DNA of 64,000 nt. Source: Candidatus Bilamarchaeaceae archaeon. Its GTDB lineage: Archaea > Micrarchaeota > Micrarchaeia > Anstonellales > Bilamarchaeaceae. Shown here in pieces: positions 39,468 through 48,543 of the stretch. The stretch covers positions 32,001 to 96,000 of the forward strand of contig JAVZJR010000004.1 in assembly GCA_038870635.1 (NCBI GenBank), in the 5' to 3' direction. Positions within the stretch are counted from its first letter, which is position 1, and every line of letters begins with the position of its first letter. A program made the position numbers and the translations under genes. The notes beneath the pieces were generated by a model. The model was not told where the DNA came from. It worked only from the letters and a program-made list of their open reading frames with translations, and ran no database searches.

Positions 39468-39917
39468 ATGACATTTGATACTGTGCGAAGAATCGCGGCA
39501 GATATTCTTTCTGTAGGTAAAAAAAGAATAAGATTCGCCACTGACAAACTTAGTGAGATAAAAAATGCAATGACAAGAGAAGACGTACGTAATCTCATAA
39601 ATAAAAAGGCAATTACTATATTGCCAAAAAAAGGAAGGAGAAAAAAGAAAAAAAGAAAAAAGAGGGGAGAAGGTAGTATCAAAGGAAGTAAGTCTGGTAA
39701 AGAAAGAAAAAAAGAATGGATGGCACGTGTAAGAAGCCAAAGAAAATTGCTATCCTACTTAGTAGAAAATAATATTTTGAAAAAAGAGCATAAAAGGAAT
39801 ATTTATTTAAAGATAAAAGGAAATTCTTTCAGAAGCAAAAGAGCTCTTCTGACTTATCTGAAAGATAACAATTTAATACCAAAAGATTTTGAGTTAAAAA
39901 AAGGTGATAAAAAATGA
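39468..39917 (+). CDS. rpl19e: 50S ribosomal protein eL19
   Basis: RRIAADIL.VGK.RI, TREDVR and WMARVRSQR motifs. Confidence 0.95.
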   Translation: MTFDTVRRIAADILSVGKKRIRFATDKLSEIKNAMTREDVRNLINKKAITILPKKGRRKKKKRKKRGEGSIKGSKSGKERKKEWMARVRSQRKLLSYLVENNILKKEHKRNIYLKIKGNSFRSKRALLTYLKDNNLIPKDFELKKGDKK

Positions 39918-40408
39918 CAAGAGCAAGAGGTCCAAAGTTTGATGTTCCTTTTAGAAGAAGAAGGGAAAAGAAAACAGATTATAGGAAAAGGGCAGCGCTT
40001 CTAAAAAGCAATCTTCCAAGAATGGTTGTAAGAAAAACAAATCGACAAGTTATTGTACAGTTTTTTGAGTTTTCTCCAAGAGGTGATAATTGTTTAGTTT
40101 CGGTAGATGCAGTCCGTTTAAAGAAAATTAGCGGCTGGGAAATGAAGTGTAATTCTTGGAGTGCTTATTTGGCAGGGTTGCTAGCCGGAAAAGAAGCATT
40201 AAAAAAAGGAATAAAGGATTTTGTTTTAGATATTGGAAGACAAACTCCTACAAAAGGTTCCATTGTTTTTGCAGCACTTAAGGGTGCAGTGGATGCAGGT
40301 CTACAAACAAAATTTAGCGAAGAAGTTATCCCATTAGATAAGCTTGAAAATATCCCGGAAAAAATAAAAGGTATGTTTGAGGAGGCAAAAAATAAGATTG
40401 CTGCTTAG
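39914..40408 (+). CDS. rpl18: 50S ribosomal protein uL18
   Basis: FRRRRE.KTDY, AYLAGLL and FAALKGAVDAGL motifs. Confidence 0.96.
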   Translation: MTRARGPKFDVPFRRRREKKTDYRKRAALLKSNLPRMVVRKTNRQVIVQFFEFSPRGDNCLVSVDAVRLKKISGWEMKCNSWSAYLAGLLAGKEALKKGIKDFVLDIGRQTPTKGSIVFAALKGAVDAGLQTKFSEEVIPLDKLENIPEKIKGMFEEAKNKIAA

Positions 40409-40420
40409 TTTTAATTTTTC

Positions 40421-41059
40421 ATGGTGATTGTAATGGTGGAAAAAGTAAAAACAATAGATAAAGAAAGCTGGGAACCAAAAACACGAATAGGAAAAATGGT
40501 AAAGGCAGGAGAGATAACAACATTTGAAGAAATTCTTAATATGGGTAAACCAATTCTGGAACCAGAAATAATAGATGTTCTTATGCCTGATCTTCAAGCT
40601 GAAACATTAGAAGTAAGAAGTACACAGCGTGTAACTGATTCAGGTAAAAGAACAAAGTTTCGCGTTACTGTTGTTATTGGAGATGGTAAAGGGCATGTTG
40701 GCGTTGGTGTTGGTAAAAGCGAAGAACTTAAACCAGCAATGGATTATGCAATTCGGGATGCAAAGAAAAAAATGATATCGGTACAAACTGGCTGTGGTTC
40801 ATGGGAATGTCGTTGTGATCAACCCCATTCTATCCCACAAGCAATAAAAGGTAAGGAAGGAAGCACTGTTGTATATCTTAAGCCTGCCCCAAGAGGTTTG
40901 GGTTTGGCAACTAACTCTGTAGTTAAAAAAGTTCTTTCTATTGCGGGCGTTAGAGATGTTTGGGGCAGAACTTTTGGCGGTTCAAATACTTATAATATGG
41001 CTTTAGCTACAATAAAAGCGCTTGATGCGCTAAATAAGCTTAAGCCATCAGCAGAGTGA
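40421..41059 (+). CDS. rps5: 30S ribosomal protein uS5
   Basis: WEPKTRIG, GCGSWEC and PAPRGLGL motifs. Confidence 0.97.
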   Translation: MVIVMVEKVKTIDKESWEPKTRIGKMVKAGEITTFEEILNMGKPILEPEIIDVLMPDLQAETLEVRSTQRVTDSGKRTKFRVTVVIGDGKGHVGVGVGKSEELKPAMDYAIRDAKKKMISVQTGCGSWECRCDQPHSIPQAIKGKEGSTVVYLKPAPRGLGLATNSVVKKVLSIAGVRDVWGRTFGGSNTYNMALATIKALDALNKLKPSAE

Positions 41060-41065
41060 TGAAAT

Positions 41066-41497
41066 ATGTTTGCAGTTATAAGAGTTAGAGGCATAAGGAA
41101 AATAAAACCCCGTATAAAAAAGACACTTGAACTATTGCGATTGCATAAACCAAACCATTGTGTTATTGTGCGAGATTCTCCAACTGTGAAAGGGATGTTG
41201 AATGTTGCAAAAGATTATATTGCTTATGGAGTTATTGACGATAAAATGATTGCCAAATTACTTTATAAAAGAGGCAAAATTGGTTCTATTTTCTTGCGCG
41301 ATAAGATAGATAAAAAAACAATAGAAGAAATAGCAAAGGAGATTTTTGAAGGCAAAAAGAAGGTTTCAGAAGTAGTTGATCCAGTATTCTGTCTTCATCC
41401 TCCACGCAAAGGCTATAAGAATATAAAACTTCATTATCCGCGAGGAGATTTAGGAAGGCACGATGATATCAGTAAACTTTTAAATAGGATGTTATGA
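41066..41497 (+). CDS. rpl30: 50S ribosomal protein uL30
   Basis: AVIRVRG, TLELLRL and LHPPRKG motifs. Confidence 0.96.
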   Translation: MFAVIRVRGIRKIKPRIKKTLELLRLHKPNHCVIVRDSPTVKGMLNVAKDYIAYGVIDDKMIAKLLYKRGKIGSIFLRDKIDKKTIEEIAKEIFEGKKKVSEVVDPVFCLHPPRKGYKNIKLHYPRGDLGRHDDISKLLNRML

Positions 41498-41508
41498 GGT
41501 GAATATTT

Positions 41509-41931
41509 ATGCCAAAAAGAAAAGAAAGAAAGAAGAGAAAATATCTTGGAACAAGGCATTGTGGGAGAGGTAATAAAAAGAAAGGAAGAGGTAGTGGAAC
41601 TAAAGGCGGAACAGGAATGGCTGGAAGTGGAAAACATAAATTCACTTATATAACTGCCCATGCTCCAGATTATTTTGGGAAACGTGGTTTCGTTAGACAT
41701 GGAGTAAAAAGCGATTACAATACCATCAATTTGTATGAGTTAGATGATTTAGCTAAAAAAGATCAACTCGAAAAAAAAGATGGAATATACTATTTCGAGT
41801 TTAAAGGGAAAGTGTTAGGTACCGGAGAAATAAAAATTCCAATTATTGTGAAAGCAAATGCATGGAGCAAAAAAGCAGAAAATAAGATAAAGGCCGCCGG
41901 TGGAAACATCTCTAAGTTTTCAAATGAGTGA
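41509..41931 (+). CDS. rpl15: 50S ribosomal protein uL15
   Basis: GG.GMAG..KHK, FGKRGF and KVLGTG motifs. Confidence 0.96.
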   Translation: MPKRKERKKRKYLGTRHCGRGNKKKGRGSGTKGGTGMAGSGKHKFTYITAHAPDYFGKRGFVRHGVKSDYNTINLYELDDLAKKDQLEKKDGIYYFEFKGKVLGTGEIKIPIIVKANAWSKKAENKIKAAGGNISKFSNE

Positions 41932-41937
41932 TGCTCT

Positions 41938-43383
41938 ATGGTAAATTTTTTTGACATAACAACAGCCATAACATCACACTTACCGGAAATAAAATCCCCT
42001 CCTGTTGCACCACCCGCCAAGGAGCGATTAATGTGGACTGGTATTGCATTAGTCCTCTATTTTATGATGTATTTTACAATTTGTTTTGGCGTTCAGCACG
42101 ATCCTGCTTCTGCTTCTATTGATTTTCTTCAAACAATAACTGCTTCAAAGATCGGCGGATTGCTAACCGCTGGCATTGGCCCAATAGTTTTTGCTTCCAT
42201 TTTTTTACAATTATTTAACGGCGCAGGTCTTTTGAATATTGACATAAAATCTAGAGAAGGAAGAAAGAAATTTCTTGAAGCCCAAAAAGTTTTGGCTATT
42301 ATTCTTGCTTTTGTAGAGGGGGCGTTATTTGTTTTTGGAGGAAGGCTAGTGCTTATTTCTATACCTGGTATTGAACCTTTTTACTTGGGTCTTTTGGTGG
42401 TTTTTCAGATAGCGCTTGGTTCTATAATTGTAATCTATCTTGATGAAATATTAACGAAGTATGGTATAGGAAGCGCCGTAAGTCTTTTTATAGCCGCTGG
42501 TGTTTCGTATGCAATATTGTCTGGTTTAGTGGGTCTTGTGTTCGGTCAAAATGGTGTGCTTGAAACGGTGGCCGAAGGTGGTGCAGAAGCCATCCCAAAT
42601 TCCATTCTTGTTCTTTTACCTTTCTTGTTTACTATTTTAGTTTTTCTTGTTTGTGTTTATGCTGAAGAGATAAAAGTAGAAATACCTATTGCTTTTGAGC
42701 GTATAAGGGGACTTGTGCCTAAACTACCATTGAAGTTTTTTTACGTTTCTAACATTCCTGTTATATTCGCTAGTGCACTTCTTCTTAACATTCAAATTTT
42801 TGGTGGTGCTCTTGCTAATGCTAGTCTTGTAATTCCCGGTACAGATATAGATATAGTAAAAATAATAGCATATGTTTCGCCTTCTACTCATACTATACAA
42901 GATGGTATATTATATTACATAACGCCAATTTACTATGGTGGAAAAGACACTATGGCGCATTTCAATTATTTGCTAAACGGAGTATCTCCTGTATATGGTA
43001 TACCTGAATGGGTGCATGCAATAACTTATTTATTATTCTTAACTTCTTTTTCGGTTATGTTTGGTCTCTTTTGGGTAGATATCGCAGGGATGGATGCTAA
43101 GAGTGTAGCCAACCAATTGTCAAGTTCTGGCCTGCAAATTCCTGGTTTTAGAAGAGACCCAAGAATGCTTGAAAGCATTTTGCAAAAATATGTCTATCCG
43201 CTCACTGTTGTGGGTTCTTTTTCAGTTGGTCTTCTTGCAGGGTTAGCTGATCTCACTGGCGCACTTGGTACTGGTACAGGAATTTTACTTACCGTTGGTA
43301 TATTGTACAGAATGTATGAACAGATGGAACAGATGAAGATGTTTGAGCTCTATTCTATGTTAGGGCAGGTAGTTGGTAAATAG
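41938..43383 (+). CDS. secY: Preprotein translocase SecY/Sec61 alpha
   Basis: GIGPIV, KYGIGSAVSLFIA, SNIPVI and IPGFRRDP motifs. Confidence 0.97.
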   Translation: MVNFFDITTAITSHLPEIKSPPVAPPAKERLMWTGIALVLYFMMYFTICFGVQHDPASASIDFLQTITASKIGGLLTAGIGPIVFASIFLQLFNGAGLLNIDIKSREGRKKFLEAQKVLAIILAFVEGALFVFGGRLVLISIPGIEPFYLGLLVVFQIALGSIIVIYLDEILTKYGIGSAVSLFIAAGVSYAILSGLVGLVFGQNGVLETVAEGGAEAIPNSILVLLPFLFTILVFLVCVYAEEIKVEIPIAFERIRGLVPKLPLKFFYVSNIPVIFASALLLNIQIFGGALANASLVIPGTDIDIVKIIAYVSPSTHTIQDGILYYITPIYYGGKDTMAHFNYLLNGVSPVYGIPEWVHAITYLLFLTSFSVMFGLFWVDIAGMDAKSVANQLSSSGLQIPGFRRDPRMLESILQKYVYPLTVVGSFSVGLLAGLADLTGALGTGTGILLTVGILYRMYEQMEQMKMFELYSMLGQVVGK

Positions 43384-43393
43384 GTGGTTGTTT

Positions 43394-43930
43394 ATGATAA
43401 TTGTTATGGGTTTGCCCGGGGCTGGTAAAACGACGGTTTTGCAAGGGCTACACGGAGACTACAAAATATTGAATTATGGCGACCTTATGCTTGAAATAGA
43501 AAAAGAAAAATTCGGTGTTAAGGACCGGGATGAAATGCGAAAACTTCCTATAGAAAAGCAAAAAGAAGCACAAATGCTCGTTGCAGAAAAATTATCAAAA
43601 ATGAACGAAAAAATAATATTAGATACGCACTGTTCAATAAATACTCCGAGTGGCTACTATCCTGGTTTACCATTTGATTTTCTGAAAAAACTGAAAGTTG
43701 AAAAACTAATCTATATTACGGCACCAGCGGATCAGATATATGTTAGAAGAAATTCTGATCCTACTAGAAAAAGAGATGCGCAAACACTTGAAGAGATTTT
43801 AGAACACGATAACATAAACAAAAGTTATTTAGCGGCATACTCTGCCTTTACTGGTGCACCTGCTGCAATTCTTATAAATGCTCAAGGAAAGTTAGAAGAG
43901 ACGCGGGCAAAGCTGAATTCTTTGCTTTAG
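43394..43930 (+). CDS. adkA: Adenylate kinase (archaeal type)
   Basis: GLPGAGKTT, RDEMRKL, DTH and GYYPGLP motifs. Confidence 0.95.
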   Translation: MIIVMGLPGAGKTTVLQGLHGDYKILNYGDLMLEIEKEKFGVKDRDEMRKLPIEKQKEAQMLVAEKLSKMNEKIILDTHCSINTPSGYYPGLPFDFLKKLKVEKLIYITAPADQIYVRRNSDPTRKRDAQTLEEILEHDNINKSYLAAYSAFTGAPAAILINAQGKLEETRAKLNSLL

Positions 43931-43942
43931 AGGGATTTCTTA

Positions 43943-45220
43943 ATGATAGATATTGAATTAATTAGAGAAAATATAGATGTTGTTATTAAATCTTTGAATG
44001 ATAGAAATCAGGTCAATCTAGTTCCTGTTGTCAATGAGATTAAATCTTTAGATGATGAGTGGAGAATAAAGAAAAAAGAAGAAGACAAGTTTCGTACGTT
44101 GAGAAATCAATTAAGCAACAAAATAAATGAAAAGAAAAAGAAAAAAGAAGATTGTTCTTCAGAAATCGCAGAAGCTGCAGAAATAGCAAAAAAAATCGAT
44201 AATATAAAAATTGAAACAGAGGCTTTATTAAAAAAAAGAGATTTTTTACTGCTTACTATTCCAGCAATTCCTCATTCAAGTGTGCCAGTTGGAAAAGATG
44301 AAAAAGATAACGTTGAAGTAAGAAGGTGGGGTACGCCTCAAAAAAAAGCAGAAGATGTTCTTTCTCATTATGAGATTGGATTGAAAACTGATTTAATAGA
44401 TTATGAACGAGGAGTAAAGTTAGCAGAACATCGGTTTTCTGTTTTAAAAGGTGATTTAGCAAAATTAGAACGCGCTTTGATAAATTTTATGTTATCTGTT
44501 CAAATAACCCATGGTTATAAGGAATATGCTCTTCCGTATCTTGTGAATACAAAGACTATGACCGGAACAGGGCAATTACCCAAATTTGCAGAAGAATTAT
44601 ACAAATGTAAAGATGATGATCTTTGGTTGATTCCGACAGCAGAAGTTCCGTTAACTAATCTTTATGCAGGAGAAATTATAGAAGAAAAAAATTTGCCTTT
44701 GAAATTAACCGCATTCACTCCTTGTTTTAGAAGAGAAGCAGGTGCATATGGAAAAGATATTCATGGTTTGATAAGACAACATCAATTCGACAAAGTTGAA
44801 TTGGTTAAAATAGCACATCCTGAAAATAGTTATGATGAGCTTGAGACTCTTACTTTAGATGCTGAGAGGATATTGCAGTTGTTAGATTTGCCTTATCGTA
44901 CTGTTTTGCTGTGTACCGGTGATATGGGTTTTGCTTCTACTAAAACATATGATATTGAGGTATGGTTACCAAGTGAAAATAGATATCGTGAAATATCTTC
45001 ATGCTCTAATTGTGGTGACTTTCAAGCAAGAAGGGCGAATATAAAGTATCGCGGTAAAGATGGAAAGCTTCACTATGTCCATACTCTTAATGGAAGCGGA
45101 CTGGCAGTAGGAAGAACTCTTTTGGCCATCCTTGAGAATTATCAAGAAGATAAAAGCATAATAAAAATACCAAAAGTGCTGCAAGATTTTATGGGCAAGG
45201 AAGAGATATCTTTGTTCTAA
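43943..45220 (+). CDS. serS: Serine--tRNA ligase
   Basis: TAEVP, FRREAG, HQFDKVE, EISSCSN and TLNGSGLAVGR motifs. Confidence 0.97.
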   Translation: MIDIELIRENIDVVIKSLNDRNQVNLVPVVNEIKSLDDEWRIKKKEEDKFRTLRNQLSNKINEKKKKKEDCSSEIAEAAEIAKKIDNIKIETEALLKKRDFLLLTIPAIPHSSVPVGKDEKDNVEVRRWGTPQKKAEDVLSHYEIGLKTDLIDYERGVKLAEHRFSVLKGDLAKLERALINFMLSVQITHGYKEYALPYLVNTKTMTGTGQLPKFAEELYKCKDDDLWLIPTAEVPLTNLYAGEIIEEKNLPLKLTAFTPCFRREAGAYGKDIHGLIRQHQFDKVELVKIAHPENSYDELETLTLDAERILQLLDLPYRTVLLCTGDMGFASTKTYDIEVWLPSENRYREISSCSNCGDFQARRANIKYRGKDGKLHYVHTLNGSGLAVGRTLLAILENYQEDKSIIKIPKVLQDFMGKEEISLF

Positions 45221-45258
45221 TCTGTCTATAGGAGCCATTCAAATTATTTATTTGAAAA

Positions 45259-45353
45259 TGAAAATATTGAGCCAATATTTCATGTGATTTTGTAGTGCTG
45301 TTTTTTCAGTATCTGAAAAACTTCTTATTTTATTTGGATCAATGTTAAGATTT
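45259..45353 (-). repeat. ~95-bp direct repeat of 46770..46864 (gene-fragment remnant)
   Basis: 61-bp identical core (45285..45345 = 46796..46856) with transition mismatches on the flanks. Confidence 0.9.
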
Positions 45354-46552
45354 CATTTTTTCCAAGCAAGTGTAACCATCGCGAATTTTTTTTCAACTAC
45401 TTGTTTTTCCGTAGTTCTTATGTACTTATGTTTTTTTCTTATGTCGTCTGGATTAACTTCAAAACCTGCCTTTATTATTTTTTCTTTTCTATGCTCATAC
45501 GTTTCGTGGGCCTCAAAAATATTTAGTTCAACTTTAGTATTTGCGTCATAGTGTAGATTTTGCTGTATTGCTTTTTTTCTTTCCTCTTCTAAACGCTCAT
45601 GCTCTTCTTTTAATCTTTTTACTAAATTTTTTATATACAATAACATACCTTCATTTCTTATTTTTTCATCTTCTTTTTTGTTATTCCAATATTGTACTAT
45701 TTGGGGCCAGCTTGCTTTTTCGAAAAGATTGATAAAAGAGCACACTTTTTCCTCGTTTATACCAAGGCCTTCCTTTAATAAATAAGCAACGGTTTTAGGC
45801 TCATACCATATTTCGCTATACCAATCACCTATAATCAAAAAACCATCTTTTTTTATGATATCGTTTATCATTCTTAGATAAGTAGGGAATGAATGATGAT
45901 GAAACACTGCATTTGACACCACAATATCAAAAACACTTTTTTTTAGAAATTGCAGGTGTTGGTAGTCAGTTGCTGTTATTATTTGGTATTGCACTGTAGG
46001 ATAACTTTTTTGCATTATATCTACGAGGTGTGACGTTGATCTGAATGATGGTTCGATTAGATAAACTTCTATATTACTTAAGCCTCTTTTTCCTATTTCG
46101 TCATATACCATACTTAATATCGTGGCTGTTGTTTCCCCTGTGCCTGCGCCTATATCAGCCATTATTAATTTTTTCTTGTTTTTTAATTTTTCTATTATTA
46201 TTGGTGTTGCAATTTTTCCTATTTCTGTGTTCAATTGTTGGTTTCCTTCACCCAAGTTACTGTCAATAACTGCTTGATGGATCGCTCGGTAGACGGCATC
46301 ATTTACAACCCGCCACTCTTTTGAATATTCTTCTAGTGATTTTATTTCTAATTTTTGTTGAAGCTCCTTTTCTGATAGGTCTATGTCAATTCCCCAATTT
46401 TTTAACGCTTGTGATGCTATTCTCAATATGCTACCAAGTTTTATAGGAAGGTCTTGTGTTATGGCTTTTATATTTTCATCTATAATTTCTATTTTTTCCA
46501 TTATCTCTTCGTTTTTTTTGTTATTTTTAAGATTAGAGCTCATTATCATCAC
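45353..46552 (-). CDS. Class I SAM-dependent methyltransferase
   Basis: ADIGAGTG motif I, FDIVVSNAVFHH, KKDGFLIIGDW. Confidence 0.85.
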   Translation of the reverse strand: MMIMSSNLKNNKKNEEIMEKIEIIDENIKAITQDLPIKLGSILRIASQALKNWGIDIDLSEKELQQKLEIKSLEEYSKEWRVVNDAVYRAIHQAVIDSNLGEGNQQLNTEIGKIATPIIIEKLKNKKKLIMADIGAGTGETTATILSMVYDEIGKRGLSNIEVYLIEPSFRSTSHLVDIMQKSYPTVQYQIITATDYQHLQFLKKSVFDIVVSNAVFHHHSFPTYLRMINDIIKKDGFLIIGDWYSEIWYEPKTVAYLLKEGLGINEEKVCSFINLFEKASWPQIVQYWNNKKEDEKIRNEGMLLYIKNLVKRLKEEHERLEEERKKAIQQNLHYDANTKVELNIFEAHETYEHRKEKIIKAGFEVNPDDIRKKHKYIRTTEKQVVEKKFAMVTLAWKK

Positions 46553-47712
46553 TCTTTAACGGTAGTGATAAGTCCTACAAAATCAGAAGACGGGTCTACT
46601 CTAAATGGATTTTTGAAATTTTTTGGTAGTTTTAATATTCTTTCTATTTTTTGTTTATCTACTGTAAATTTATATTCTTTTAGTATTTCTATTCTTTCTT
46701 GGATTGTTGTGTGGGCGCGTAGGAAGTATATTGGTTTTATGTTTTTTAATTCCAATTCATGTAATTGTTTGAAAATATTGAACCAATATTCCGTATGATT
46801 TTGTAGTGCTGTTTTTTCAGTATCTGAAAAACTTCTTATTTTATTTGGATCAATGTCAAAATTTTGTGCAAATTTATTTACAATTTCGTTATTAGGACAT
46901 ATATTTTTAAGAAGGTTCACAACAAATACGGGGTACTCCCATAATGGAGAGAAATAATCTGCTATTATAAAGACTCCATCATCTTTAAGCACTCTTCTTA
47001 TTTCCATAAGATGGTCTGAAAATGGTTTGCAATGCATGTGAAAATAAGATATTATTAAATCGAATTCCTTATCTTTTTGAGTTACCATAAATTCATCATC
47101 AGTTTTATACTCTGCAGAATAACCGCCTCTTTTTGTTTCACTTATGTTTTTTAATCCATATATCGGCATTTTATTTATAGTTTCCTCAAGTTTTTTTTGA
47201 TAAGGTTCTATAAGATAGAATTGTGTATTTTCAATTAGCGTTGGTTCTCTTTCTTTTAAAGTGTTAATTATGGCAAGTGGTACAGAAGCATTTCTGCTAC
47301 CAATTATACTTATTTTTATTAATTCATTTCTTTTTCTTCTTTTTTTTATAGCTTCAAAAGAAATCTCGCTTATTTTATTAACAAGTATGTTCGTATAGTG
47401 AGTGTATGGTTGTACTATAAGGCCACGTGGATTGATTGTTTTTTCGTTTTGCTCATCTTGACGATCCTTATTAAAAAATTTGTTGAGTTCTTTTAAAAGT
47501 TCGTTTTTATTTTCTTCGGTCGCTTCAAAACCGTAGTTTTTATAATGTCTGCTTGATACTTTTAGCAAGCACCCCGGCCTAATCAATAAGCCACTTCCCT
47601 TAAATAATTTTGTTATCTCTTCATTAAACGCTTTTATCTCACTTGCATCTGTTCTTATTTTACTTTTTTTGTTATTTTGGTTAAGATCGTTAATTTTTTT
47701 TATAGTGTTCAT
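46549..47712 (-). CDS. Class I methyltransferase-like paralog with degenerate SAM motif
   Basis: IIGSRNA in place of motif I; FDLIIS..HMH; RRVLKDDGVFIIAD. Confidence 0.75.
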   Translation of the reverse strand: MNTIKKINDLNQNNKKSKIRTDASEIKAFNEEITKLFKGSGLLIRPGCLLKVSSRHYKNYGFEATEENKNELLKELNKFFNKDRQDEQNEKTINPRGLIVQPYTHYTNILVNKISEISFEAIKKRRKRNELIKISIIGSRNASVPLAIINTLKEREPTLIENTQFYLIEPYQKKLEETINKMPIYGLKNISETKRGGYSAEYKTDDEFMVTQKDKEFDLIISYFHMHCKPFSDHLMEIRRVLKDDGVFIIADYFSPLWEYPVFVVNLLKNICPNNEIVNKFAQNFDIDPNKIRSFSDTEKTALQNHTEYWFNIFKQLHELELKNIKPIYFLRAHTTIQERIEILKEYKFTVDKQKIERILKLPKNFKNPFRVDPSSDFVGLITTVKE

Positions 47713-47796
47713 AAGACCACATAAATATTATTTTTTTGAAATAAAAATTTTAAAACTTACTTTTTTTATTTTTACCACATATTATGATTCGTGATA

Positions 47797-47897
47797 TGCG
47801 GCTGCCGGGATTTGAACCCGGGTCATAGGCTTTTTTCGCTTTTAGCTTGGGAAGCCCATATCCTGACCATTGTCTTTTTTATCTAGACTACAGCCGC
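47797..47897 (-). tRNA. tRNA-Gly(CCC) with two introns (13 nt at 15/16: 47870..47882; 16 nt at 37/38: 47832..47847)
   Basis: GCGGCTG/CAGCCGC acceptor; TGGGC-TT-CCC-A|..|A-GCCTA; CCGGG-TTCAAAT-CCCGG; removing both introns leaves 72 nt. Confidence 0.9.
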
Positions 47898-47905
47898 TTT
47901 TTTAA

Positions 47906-48358
47906 CTATTCTTCATTAGAAGCTTTTTGTTGAAGTTTTAACATTCTAGTTTTTACAGTTATTGGAATTGGAACCGCGACTTCTATGAGTTCGACTGTTA
48001 CTTCTTCTTTAGATTCATCCACTTTTATCACTTTTGCTTGTTCTCCTTTAAACGGTCCACCTGTTATTTCTACAACATCGCCTGCGCTTAATGTTACTGC
48101 TGGTTGTTTTGATAATGTTAAAAGTTTTTTTATTTCATCTATTTGTATTGGTTGTGGTAGGAAACCTTTTACATGTTTTACTTTTTGTATTAATTTTGCA
48201 ACAACATTTTTGTCAAATGCTTCTACAAAAATATAACCTTTTATATTTTCCAGGTGGGCTATAGCGTAGACATTTAATTTCTCATTTTTTGCTTTTTTTT
48301 CAAGCATTTGCACAACTATTCTTTCTTGGCCAGTAGTTACTCTTACTGTATAGATCAA
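47906..48358 (-). CDS. spt5: Transcription elongation factor Spt5 (NusG)
   Basis: TTGQE, KGYIFVEA and KOW GDVVEITGGPFKGE; likely TTG start after GGTGA. Confidence 0.95.
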   Translation of the reverse strand: MIYTVRVTTGQERIVVQMLEKKAKNEKLNVYAIAHLENIKGYIFVEAFDKNVVAKLIQKVKHVKGFLPQPIQIDEIKKLLTLSKQPAVTLSAGDVVEITGGPFKGEQAKVIKVDESKEEVTVELIEVAVPIPITVKTRMLKLQQKASNEE

Positions 48359-48369
48359 ATAATCACCTT

Positions 48370-48531
48370 TCAAAATAAACTAAATATTACATATATTATC
48401 AAACCAACTGTTCCAAAAAGAAGAATGCCTAAGCCTGTGACCTTTGCGACTTCAGCAAATTCTTCTGCAGTAGGTTTTCTGGCTATAAGTAAGACACGGT
48501 GAATTCTTCTTAATAATTCTTTTATGTCCAT
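48370..48531 (-). CDS. secE: Protein translocase SecE / Sec61 gamma
   Basis: Manual ORF MDIKELLRRIHRVLLIARKPTAEEFAEVAKVTGLGILLFGTVGLIIYVIFSLF between ftsZ and spt5. Confidence 0.95.
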   Translation of the reverse strand: MDIKELLRRIHRVLLIARKPTAEEFAEVAKVTGLGILLFGTVGLIIYVIFSLF

Positions 48532-48543
48532 CTACTTCACCTT

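Noticed and set aside
45259..46864. Repeat pair as template/variable repeats of a diversity-generating retroelement
   Set aside because: Mismatches are transitions in both directions, not adenine-specific, and no reverse transcriptase is present in the window
45221..47796. Integrated element at the tRNA-Gly 3' end
   Set aside because: No integrase and no duplicated tRNA 3' end (att) seen at the far boundary
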